A DNA stretch of 64,000 nt from an uncultured Candidatus Berkelbacteria bacterium (GTDB lineage Bacteria; Patescibacteriota; UBA1384; XYA2-FULL-43-10; CAINNR01). The position numbers and the translations under genes were made by a program. Of the stretch, positions 18,393-25,502 are shown piece after piece. Every line of letters begins with the position of its first letter. Within the stretch, counting starts at the first letter, position 1. Below the pieces are notes generated by a model. It saw nothing but the letters and a program-made list of their open reading frames with translations. It did not search any database and was not told where the DNA came from. Location of the stretch: NCBI GenBank assembly GCA_903851235.1, contig CAINNR010000030.1:13210-77209 (forward strand), read 5' to 3'.

Positions 18393-18453
18393 TGGAATAG
18401 ATTATTTGATATACTACTTTTGGCGCTATCACGAGAAAGGGAGGTATAGCTTT

Positions 18454-19131
18454 ATGCAGTTGCCAGTCTTAGTTGATGAATCAATGAGGCAAAGGTTCAT
18501 TGAAATTGGTGCGCTGAAGGTTGGTGGCCACTTTGTGTATTCGGGTGGTGGACATTGCGACGAATTTTTCGATTTTGAAGCCATCGTACCACGCTGGCCA
18601 GACATTATGTTCTTTTATAACAATCTTTGTGAAGGCATTAACGATCAGCGAATCAATACAGATGTTGTTATCGGTCCTGAGCGTGGTGGGATTGCATTGG
18701 CTCATATGACGTCATACTTTTTGGAGAAAACTGCCAATCGCCCTTGCCGTGGCATTTATGCCGAAAAAATTCGAGATGTGGAAGAGCGACGGTTGATTGG
18801 CTGTCGCTATAGGATTCCAGCAGTTTTTCTAAACTATCTGATTGATAGTACCGTTCTAGTTTTAGATGATATTGCTAACACCGGTGGCAACATTGCTGAA
18901 GTTGTTTCGCTTGTAAGGCAAGCTGGTGCCAAACAAATTATTGTCGCAATCATGATTAACCGGTGTTGTTTGACTGCAGATCAGGTTAGTGCTGATCGCC
19001 TTATTACAGTTGTTGAAATGCCAAATAAGGTTTGGAGCGCGGCTGATTGCCCGATGTGCAAGTCTCATATCCCGATTGACACGGAATTTGGTCACGGTGC
19101 TGAATTTCTAGCTTCACAGGCGGGCAAGTAG
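18454..19131 (+). CDS. type I phosphoribosyltransferase-domain protein (orotate-PRTase-like), C-terminal CxxC
   Basis: PRPP-binding motif VLVLDDIANTGGNIAE. GGGAGG RBS before ATG at 18454; the longer track ORF from 18406 has none. C-terminal CPMCKSH. Confidence 0.7.
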   Translation: MQLPVLVDESMRQRFIEIGALKVGGHFVYSGGGHCDEFFDFEAIVPRWPDIMFFYNNLCEGINDQRINTDVVIGPERGGIALAHMTSYFLEKTANRPCRGIYAEKIRDVEERRLIGCRYRIPAVFLNYLIDSTVLVLDDIANTGGNIAEVVSLVRQAGAKQIIVAIMINRCCLTADQVSADRLITVVEMPNKVWSAADCPMCKSHIPIDTEFGHGAEFLASQAGK

Positions 19132-19146
19132 TTTTGCCCGTTTTTT
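19120..19146 (+). terminator. intrinsic terminator
   Basis: GCGGGCAAgtagttTTGCCCG followed by tttttt. Confidence 0.6.
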
Positions 19147-19220
19147 CTATTGAAAAACGGTCAAGAAAAAGCTAAGATTGATTTAGTGTTTTCATTTTTT
19201 AGTTTTGACATTTAAAATTT

Positions 19221-19262
19221 AACTTTTAACTTTTAACTTTTAACTTTTAACTTTTAATTTTT
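19221..19262 (+). repeat. heptamer tandem repeat (aactttt)x5 plus one degenerate unit, ending 11 nt before the htpX start
   Basis: Six consecutive 7-nt units, five of them exact. The same unit is at 17616-17629 and its reverse complement (aagttaaa)x3 is at 3981-4007. Confidence 0.7.
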
Positions 19263-19273
19263 GAGTTATTTTT

Positions 19274-20164
19274 ATGAACATTTACGATCAAATCGGCAAC
19301 AACAAATTTAAAACCGTTTTTTATATCGGGGTTTTTCTGATTTTTATTATCGCCCTTGGCTGGCTCTTTTCTTACATTTATCATTCGCCAGCAATTTTAA
19401 TCATCGCCATAATTATCGCCGTCGTTCAATCAATGACCAGTTATTTCTGGGGTGATGTTGTCGCGCTAGCGATGACTCATGCGCAGGCGGCGAAAAAATC
19501 TGACAGCCCGGATCTTTTTCGTATTGTCGAAAATTTGGCGATTACCGCTGGCATTCCGGTGCCGAAAATTTATATTATCAACGATGATTCGCCGAACGCT
19601 TTTGCCACCGGTCGCGATCCAGAGCATTCATCGATCGCCGTTACCTCAGGTCTACTATCGATTATGGATAAAAATGAAGTTGAAGGCGTTATCGCTCACG
19701 AGCTTTCCCACATTGGCAATCACGATTCATTATTGATGGTGGTTATTGTGGTTTTGGTTGGTGTTGTGGCAATCGCTTCAAACTTGTTCTTCCGAGTCGG
19801 TTTTTGGGGCGGCTTTGGCGATGATCGCGAGAGTGGAAATTCTGGCGGAATAATGTTGATTATCGGAATAATTATGGCAATTTTGGCACCAATCGCCGCA
19901 ACCTTAATTCAACTGGCAATCTCTCGTAAACGGGAATATTTAGCCGATGCTAATGGCGCGCTTCTGACTCGTTATCCCGAGGGTTTGGCAAATGCGCTTA
20001 GAAAAATCTCGGCTTATAAACAACCGGTTCGTTTTGCTAACGACGCAACATCACTGCTGTTTATTATGAACCCAACAAAAAAACGCTCGTGGTTTTCCGG
20101 TTTATTCGACACTCATCCGCCGGTCGAGGAACGAATCAAAGCCTTGGAGGCAATGGCCGAATGA
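19274..20164 (+). CDS. htpX: membrane zinc metalloprotease HtpX (M48)
   Basis: HELSHI zinc motif, four TM segments and C-terminal FDTHPP. Confidence 0.9.
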   Translation: MNIYDQIGNNKFKTVFYIGVFLIFIIALGWLFSYIYHSPAILIIAIIIAVVQSMTSYFWGDVVALAMTHAQAAKKSDSPDLFRIVENLAITAGIPVPKIYIINDDSPNAFATGRDPEHSSIAVTSGLLSIMDKNEVEGVIAHELSHIGNHDSLLMVVIVVLVGVVAIASNLFFRVGFWGGFGDDRESGNSGGIMLIIGIIMAILAPIAATLIQLAISRKREYLADANGALLTRYPEGLANALRKISAYKQPVRFANDATSLLFIMNPTKKRSWFSGLFDTHPPVEERIKALEAMAE

Positions 20165-20179
20165 TCAGCTGTTCTAATA

Positions 20180-20207
20180 TTTACATTGGCAGATTTTCTG
20201 CTATACT
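20180..20207 (+). promoter_or_regulatory. sigma70-like promoter TTTACA-16-TATACT
   Basis: Both hexamers lie about 40 nt upstream of the GTG start of the next gene. Confidence 0.45.
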
Positions 20208-20246
20208 TTTTTTGTGATACAAATGCTTCACAAGGAGGCGGTTTCA

Positions 20247-20735
20247 GTGTCTAATGCAGATCGGGCTTATCAGGCGGGGATCAATGATTTGATTTGGATA
20301 TTAAATGTTGTTTCAGGACGAAGATTTATTTTTTGGGGGAAACCTCGACCTCGGGGAAGAGTATTAATTCGTGACATTAATCCACCGGAGTTTTGGAGGT
20401 TACCGGAAGTTGAGGCAATTGTTCGTTGGTCACAGATTCCGGCAAAGAATATCATTTTCATTCCAAGTGACGTTGATGATCTGCTCGGCGATCATCCGAT
20501 TGTAAGGTTGGTGGATTCTGGGTTGGCTGTGATTCGACGACCAATTTGCACTTTCTCACCAATTGGGTTTAGAATAGCTGATGCTGGTAATCGTTCAGCG
20601 GTAACGCTAATGACGCCAAATGATTCTGACCCGTCCCATCCGTTAATTTCCTCGATCACTGATCGGATGATGATCGGAGCCGTTATGAGTCAGGTTGACA
20701 GCGCTTTGGCGATGGGTGAAATGATTTTCAAGTGA
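20247..20735 (+). CDS. hypothetical protein (163 aa, GTG start)
   Basis: AGGAGG RBS 7 nt before the in-frame GTG at 20247. Has its own promoter and terminator. No family recognised. Confidence 0.5.
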   Translation: MSNADRAYQAGINDLIWILNVVSGRRFIFWGKPRPRGRVLIRDINPPEFWRLPEVEAIVRWSQIPAKNIIFIPSDVDDLLGDHPIVRLVDSGLAVIRRPICTFSPIGFRIADAGNRSAVTLMTPNDSDPSHPLISSITDRMMIGAVMSQVDSALAMGEMIFK

Positions 20736-20742
20736 CGTTTTC

Positions 20743-20768
20743 GGATGGCTATAACTGGCCATCCTTTT
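20743..20768 (+). terminator. intrinsic terminator
   Basis: GGATGGCtataactgGCCATCC followed by tttt. Confidence 0.55.
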
Positions 20769-20813
20769 AATATCAAAAATATTTTATGGTATAATTAATT
20801 AGGAGGAGAATCA

Positions 20814-21161
20814 ATGGAACTAAAAGATTATCAAAAATTTTGTCAGACGACTGCCGGAAATATGAGTGATGATCCGGAAAAGCAAATAATGGTCTGGGGT
20901 TTGGGTGTCGCCGGAGAGGCGGGAGACTTGGCTGGTTGCATAAAAAAGACCGTTGGTCACAAAAATGATCAAATTACCGGAATTCGGGAAAATCTTGGTG
21001 ACACAATGTGGTACATTGCCGAGATTTGTAATTTTTATCATTGGGATTTGAATGAAATTTTGTCGGAAAATGTTTCCAAATTAAAAAAACGCTATCCGAA
21101 AGGATTTGATGCCAAGCTGGTCAAACGCGACGGCAAAAGAATCGATTGGAATGAGAAATAA
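20814..21161 (+). CDS. MazG-like nucleoside triphosphate pyrophosphohydrolase domain protein
   Basis: GLGVAGEAGDLAG...ENLGDTMWYIAEI: the EExxE/D-type metal motifs of the all-alpha NTP-PPase family. Extended -10 TGgTATAAT at 20788-20796 and AGGAGG RBS. Confidence 0.75.
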   Translation: MELKDYQKFCQTTAGNMSDDPEKQIMVWGLGVAGEAGDLAGCIKKTVGHKNDQITGIRENLGDTMWYIAEICNFYHWDLNEILSENVSKLKKRYPKGFDAKLVKRDGKRIDWNEK

Positions 21162-21208
21162 TTGCTGATATAATTAATGTGTTAATAATAATTATCAGGG
21201 AGGAAATT

Positions 21209-21781
21209 ATGCCAGATGAAAAAAAGTCAGCGCCTGTAGCAACAACACCAGCTGCGGCGCCGGCAAAGAAAAACAACAGTACGATGATTATAATCATTGT
21301 CGTTGTTGCAGTTTTGGTTTTGGGAGTTGGTGGAACGTTGATTAGCCGATGGGTGGCGAGGAAAGCGGCGGACAAAATTGCCGGTGGAATTCTTGGCGCG
21401 GCAACTGGAAGTAATGTTTCAGTTAACTCCGATAGCGGAACAACCTCGGTTTCCAACGGTTCTGGTTCGACCTCGGTTGGCAACAATGTGGCGTGGCCAT
21501 CTGACATGCCGTCGACCGTGCCACAATTGAAATCCGGTACATTGACAATGGCAACATCGGACAAAACCAACAAGGCGTGGTCGGTCGAAGCCGACAAAGT
21601 TAGCCAAGCACAATTTGATGTATATAAAGCCTCGGTTGAATCGGCTGGTTGGACAAATACTGCCACTACTTCATTCGGCGCCAGTATGATTACCTACGAA
21701 AAAGATACTTACGACTTGACACTAATTTACGATGCGTCATCGAGCGGAGTTTCAATTTCGGTAACGACAAAATCGGAATAA
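21209..21781 (+). CDS. membrane-anchored hypothetical protein (N-terminal TM, Ser/Thr-rich linker, extracytoplasmic domain)
   Basis: GGGAGG RBS before ATG at 21209. TM segment MIIIIVVVAVLVLGVGG. The antisense ORF 21121-21666 in the track is rejected. Confidence 0.55.
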   Translation: MPDEKKSAPVATTPAAAPAKKNNSTMIIIIVVVAVLVLGVGGTLISRWVARKAADKIAGGILGAATGSNVSVNSDSGTTSVSNGSGSTSVGNNVAWPSDMPSTVPQLKSGTLTMATSDKTNKAWSVEADKVSQAQFDVYKASVESAGWTNTATTSFGASMITYEKDTYDLTLIYDASSSGVSISVTTKSE

Positions 21782-21796
21782 AATATCAGCTAAAAA

Positions 21797-21829
21797 TACC
21801 ACCGATTTTGGTCTGGTGGTATTTTTTTT
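21797..21829 (+). terminator. intrinsic terminator
   Basis: TACCACCgattttggtcTGGTGGTA followed by tttttttt. Confidence 0.6.
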
Positions 21830-21881
21830 ATCTTGACTAATTAGGTGCTATAATTAAGTCAGAATAATTAATAAATTTGTC

Positions 21882-22286
21882 ATGGATTTTGGACCACAAG
21901 ACGTACCCAAGCCCAAAGATTTGCAATCGCTGAAACGTGAAATCAGTTCTTTGGTATCAGAGAAATTTTCCGAGAAAACAATTGATTCTCGCTCGGTTTA
22001 TTCTGGTATTAAAGACAAACTCGGAGTCGAAAACATTGACGATCAAATGCTAAATTTTGCTATCAACTCGGCGGTCGAGGAGATTACAAAAGCGAAAAAA
22101 ATTGATAAACCGTTGTCTGCTGGCGAATTACAAAGACAGGTGGATTTGGTTGTCAATTGGGCGCTGATAAAAATCAAGGGAAAAAACAGTGAGCAAATTG
22201 GCCAAATCAACAGCACTGGGACAAAAGACATTGACTTTGGCAGTGGTGGCGATACAATCGTTTTGAAAGATTTCAAAATTAAGTAA
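21882..22286 (+). CDS. hypothetical protein (134 aa)
   Basis: ORF preceded by extended -10 TGcTATAAT at 21846-21854. No family recognised. Confidence 0.5.
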   Translation: MDFGPQDVPKPKDLQSLKREISSLVSEKFSEKTIDSRSVYSGIKDKLGVENIDDQMLNFAINSAVEEITKAKKIDKPLSAGELQRQVDLVVNWALIKIKGKNSEQIGQINSTGTKDIDFGSGGDTIVLKDFKIK

Positions 22287-22311
22287 TTCAAATTAATAGG
22301 ATGGAGGAAAA

Positions 22312-22671
22312 ATGAAAAAGTTGAACCAGATTTACAAATGTAGCACTTGTGGTAACATTGTCGAAATTGTTACCGGTGGTGGTGGAGAATTGGTTTGTTG
22401 CGGAGCGCCGATGGAATTGCAAAGCGAAAAGTCCGGCGAAGAAGGGATGGAGAAGCATAAACCGGTGATTGAAGAATCAATGGTTTTGGTTGGCTCGGCC
22501 CCACATCCGATGGAAGCTGAACATCACATTGAGTGGATTGAAGTTTTGGAGGGTGATGATGTTTGCAGGAAAGTTTTATCGGTTGATGACAAACCGCAAG
22601 CGGAGTTTTGTAACAAAGATATCAAAGTCGCCCGCGCATATTGTAATATTCACGGACTGTGGAAAAACTGA
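22312..22671 (+). CDS. dfx: desulfoferrodoxin (2Fe superoxide reductase)
   Basis: N-terminal desulforedoxin CxxC...CC (KCSTCGNIVEIV...LVCCGAPM). C-terminal neelaredoxin-like H-rich domain (EKHKPVIE, HPMEAEHHIEWIEV, C, H). GGAGG RBS. Confidence 0.85.
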   Translation: MKKLNQIYKCSTCGNIVEIVTGGGGELVCCGAPMELQSEKSGEEGMEKHKPVIEESMVLVGSAPHPMEAEHHIEWIEVLEGDDVCRKVLSVDDKPQAEFCNKDIKVARAYCNIHGLWKN

Positions 22672-22734
22672 CCGTTGGTCAGAAAAATGAAATTCCAATT
22701 CTTATTTATCACGCAGATTTTCGCTGATAAAAAA

Positions 22735-22754
22735 CTACGCCAATTGTGGCGTAG
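22735..22754. terminator. hairpin CTACGCCAattgTGGCGTAG, T-run on the minus side (terminator for the 22774-23229 gene; weak for dfx)
   Basis: Perfect 8-bp stem. Followed on the minus strand by tttttt. Confidence 0.5.
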
Positions 22755-22773
22755 GTGGAATTTGGTCTTTGCT

Positions 22774-23229
22774 TTAGAAGGCAAGTTGTTGTATCAATAA
22801 TTCTTTATGATCGCCGAAACTCTGAGAAAGCGCAACACAGAATTTTAACAATTCCTCAATGTCATTGCCGGCAAAGATGCCAGAAGGATCAAGGCAGATT
22901 GCTTGCAAAATACACAGTTTTGACGTAAGTTCGGCACGCAATTTTGGAAAGACGGTTCCAACGGTACCATCGTCACCGGCACGGTATTGGTATTCAAGCG
23001 CCTGTGAAACGATCGAAAATTCGCCATTGTACCATGACACTTGAATAAGATGATAATCTTTAGCACCTTCACCCAATACTTGGCTGACATTGCAGAGCCA
23101 GCTTAACAATGGTTCCAGATGTTTAGAGATATCTACCATGTTGATTTTCCCGAGTCTGATATTGTCAACGTCGATCATTGCGGCTGTTACAATCCGAGAC
23201 ATTTCGTCAACTTCACTCAGATCGAGCAT
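22774..23229 (-). CDS. hypothetical protein (151 aa), divergent from the heliorhodopsin operon
   Basis: GGGAGG RBS 6 nt before ATG at 23229. Confidence 0.55.
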   Translation of the reverse strand: MLDLSEVDEMSRIVTAAMIDVDNIRLGKINMVDISKHLEPLLSWLCNVSQVLGEGAKDYHLIQVSWYNGEFSIVSQALEYQYRAGDDGTVGTVFPKLRAELTSKLCILQAICLDPSGIFAGNDIEELLKFCVALSQSFGDHKELLIQQLAF

Positions 23230-23268
23230 CTCGCTTACCTCCCGCTTGGGAATGTTGTTGCAATCAGC

Positions 23269-23295
23269 TTAACAAAAAGTATATATCTTTGTCAA
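23269..23295. promoter_or_regulatory. palindromic operator-like motif copy 1 (TTAACAAAAAGTATATATCTTTGTCAA)
   Basis: Imperfect dyad around TATATA. Near-identical copy at 25105-25131, on the other side of the heliorhodopsin locus, also in a divergent promoter region. Confidence 0.35.
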
Positions 23296-23319
23296 AATAT
23301 TAGCTTTTTGGAGATAAAA

Positions 23320-24018
23320 ATGTCAGAAATTATTGACCCAAACGAACGTGAACACTTGGTATTAAAATATGGTGAGCAAATAAAAAACATTGTTGGTTAT
23401 AACGATCTCTCGCCTGAGGAACAGCGAGATTTGCGATACGACCCACGCAAAGATGTTTCAGTTGGACTGGATAAAATTTTCTGTCATAACGTTTATAATC
23501 GGGAAGACGGTAATTTTGCGATCGAACAATCCGGAGATGATACTTTGTTTATCGCCTATGTCCTTTCGGTTTTGGGTTTGCGTGATGGCAGGGCGCTTTT
23601 GAAATCCTATGAACGAATGGCGCCGGCGAATCAGGGTGTGGATCTGAAACAGTTGAAAGTAGAATCGGAGACAATCGATCATTCCGTTGTTGAACACTTT
23701 CTGGAAGAATTTGAGAAATCAAGGATGGATTTAACCGCAGAATTTGATGATGGTATGGATTTGGAGAACTCAACTCGATCGGAGGATATTAAACAATACT
23801 TGCGCGGTTTGATAATCTCCGGATCGTGTTTGAAACATTGTGAGATCTTGTTGCCGTTTTTTAGCCCAGAGCAGACAGCCCAAGTTGAGGAAATTATTGG
23901 AACTGTTATCGAAATGAGAAAAAAAAGAAATGACGACTTTGCAAAAAAGATAAATAATGAGGCAAAAGAGAGAAGAATTGCCGGCTTGGTAAATAAAATC
24001 GACGTTATTGATAATTAA
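23320..24018 (+). CDS. hypothetical protein (232 aa), immediately upstream of heliorhodopsin and probably co-transcribed
   Basis: GGAG RBS before ATG at 23320. The 23119 start in the track overlaps the divergent gene. Stop lies 15 nt before the heliorhodopsin RBS. Confidence 0.55.
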   Translation: MSEIIDPNEREHLVLKYGEQIKNIVGYNDLSPEEQRDLRYDPRKDVSVGLDKIFCHNVYNREDGNFAIEQSGDDTLFIAYVLSVLGLRDGRALLKSYERMAPANQGVDLKQLKVESETIDHSVVEHFLEEFEKSRMDLTAEFDDGMDLENSTRSEDIKQYLRGLIISGSCLKHCEILLPFFSPEQTAQVEEIIGTVIEMRKKRNDDFAKKINNEAKERRIAGLVNKIDVIDN

Positions 24019-24033
24019 TTTAGGGAGGAAAAA

Positions 24034-24795
24034 ATGGAGAAAAAATTGCAAGGGTTGCGGAAATTTAATTTGTTTATGGCGCTTTTGCATTTTGGCCAAG
24101 GAGTGGCGATGCTTTGGCTGTCCAGCAGTTTCAAATTACCGGTGATGAGTTCGTATTTGAAGTTTGATGTTGCGACTAGAACATTACAACCAAATCCATC
24201 AACATTATTCAGTTTGAAAATTGGCCCAATGATTGCGATTTTTCTCTTTCTGTCGGCTTTGGCTCATCTTTTAATCAGCACGGTTTTTAATGATTGGTAT
24301 AATAAAAATTTAGCTCGCGGTATCAATTTTGCTCGCTGGATCGAGTACTCCTTTTCGTCATCAATTATGATTATTGTCATAGCCATGCTGGTTGGAGTTT
24401 ATGACATCGGTGCGCTCATCCTCTTATTTGTTTTGAATGCGACAATGATTTTGTTCGGATGGATGATGGAACTTCATAATCAGTCGACTTCAAAGACTAA
24501 TTGGACATCATTCATTTTCGGTTGTATCGCCGGTTTGGCGACTTGGGTTGTAATTGCTCTTTATCTTTTTGGCTCCGGCGACAGCGCTCATCATGCGCCA
24601 AATTTCGTTTACTGGATTTACTTTTCAATCTTTATCTTTTTCAACTGCTTTGCCATCAATCAAGTTTTGCAGTACAAAAAAGTCGGATCGTGGAAGGATT
24701 ATCTATACGGCGAACGCGCCTACATTATTCTGTCATTGATTGCCAAATCACTTTTAGCCTGGCAAGTTTTCGCCGGCACTTTGCGACCAATGTAA
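24034..24795 (+). CDS. heliorhodopsin (7-TM retinal-binding photoreceptor, inverted topology family)
   Basis: Seven TM helices. Strong similarity, recalled from memory, to heliorhodopsin 48C12: FNLFMALLHFGQG; RWIEYSFSSSIMIIVIA with the counter-ion Glu; NATMILFGWMME; FIFGCIAGLATW; FNCFAINQVLQYKKVGSWKDYLYGERAYIILSLIAKSLLAWQVF with the Schiff-base Lys. GGGAGG RBS. Confidence 0.85.
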   Translation: MEKKLQGLRKFNLFMALLHFGQGVAMLWLSSSFKLPVMSSYLKFDVATRTLQPNPSTLFSLKIGPMIAIFLFLSALAHLLISTVFNDWYNKNLARGINFARWIEYSFSSSIMIIVIAMLVGVYDIGALILLFVLNATMILFGWMMELHNQSTSKTNWTSFIFGCIAGLATWVVIALYLFGSGDSAHHAPNFVYWIYFSIFIFFNCFAINQVLQYKKVGSWKDYLYGERAYIILSLIAKSLLAWQVFAGTLRPM

Positions 24796-24804
24796 CAAAT
24801 AAAT

Positions 24805-24825
24805 AAGGTGAGCCTTGCTCACCTT
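24805..24825. terminator. bidirectional hairpin AAGGTGAGCcttGCTCACCTT between the convergent heliorhodopsin and 24832-25062 genes
   Basis: Perfect 9-bp stem with a 3-nt loop. AT-rich flanks on both sides. Confidence 0.55.
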
Positions 24826-24831
24826 ATGTGT

Positions 24832-25062
24832 TCAGTACCCAAACCAAGTATGAAACCTTTCGGACTTTCCATTATCGAATTTAAGGTAATCAATGTCTGC
24901 ACCGTCTTCTTTGATAACCGCTATAATACCTTCCCTAGTGTTCGTCATTTCCAACTGACCGTAACCCCCATTAGATGGCTCACAATCGATGATTGCGATC
25001 AATGGTAATTTAAGCTGTTCTGCCCTTCGCAGAATTCTGGCGAGAATTTCTCCGGTTATCAT
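24832..25062 (-). CDS. small hypothetical protein (76 aa)
   Basis: AAGGAG RBS 8 nt before ATG at 25062. The longer track ORF to 25320 has no RBS. Confidence 0.45.
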   Translation of the reverse strand: MITGEILARILRRAEQLKLPLIAIIDCEPSNGGYGQLEMTNTREGIIAVIKEDGADIDYLKFDNGKSERFHTWFGY

Positions 25063-25104
25063 GCCAGTGTCTCCTTGGTTCAGGTGGTTCGTCACTGTGA
25101 TGAG

Positions 25105-25131
25105 TTTAACAAAAAATGTATATTTTATCAA
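25105..25131. promoter_or_regulatory. palindromic operator-like motif copy 2 (TTTAACAAAAAATGTATATTTTATCAA)
   Basis: Matches the 23269-23295 motif at about 22 of 27 positions with one indel. Confidence 0.35.
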
Positions 25132-25156
25132 TGGTTTTAAATAAAAGAGAGGCAAC

Positions 25157-25357
25157 ATGACATCTGACCAATTGCCAGTTTGGTTTTCGGTTGTGATTTT
25201 AGTTTTAACCCTTTGGAGTTTGCCGTGGAAGGGAATCGCACTTTGGAAAGCGGCAAAAAACAACGACATCGCCTGGTTTGTTATAATGATGATTGTTAAT
25301 ACCATCGGAATATTAGACATCCTCTACATTTATATTTGGGGCAAGAAAAAAGCCTAA
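25157..25357 (+). CDS. small two-TM membrane protein (DUF5652-like)
   Basis: LWSLPWKGIALWKAAKNNDIAWFVIMMIVNTIGILDILYI pattern. Confidence 0.55.
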   Translation: MTSDQLPVWFSVVILVLTLWSLPWKGIALWKAAKNNDIAWFVIMMIVNTIGILDILYIYIWGKKKA

Positions 25358-25502
25358 TTTCGTCGCCCCGGTTGACATTATCATTTAAAAAGTGTACTAT
25401 AATAGTATACAAATATTGTTTGGTAGCATTTCTCCGGCTAAATTTGAGGGAGATCTAACGAAACAATTGTTAATCTGATTGTTGTTTTTTTAATTTAAAA
25501 AC

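Noticed and set aside
19216-19262. CRISPR array
   Set aside because: The unit is only 7 nt with no spacers. It is a microsatellite, not a CRISPR array.
21121-21666. 181-aa antisense ORF
   Set aside because: It lies fully inside the better-supported 21209-21781 plus-strand gene. Its composition mirrors the Ser/Thr/Gly-rich sense frame.
25440-25502. AACAAT...ATTGTT hairpin plus T-run just before the typA start, considered as an attenuator
   Set aside because: The stem is only 6 A/T base pairs with a 10-nt loop, which is energetically negligible.
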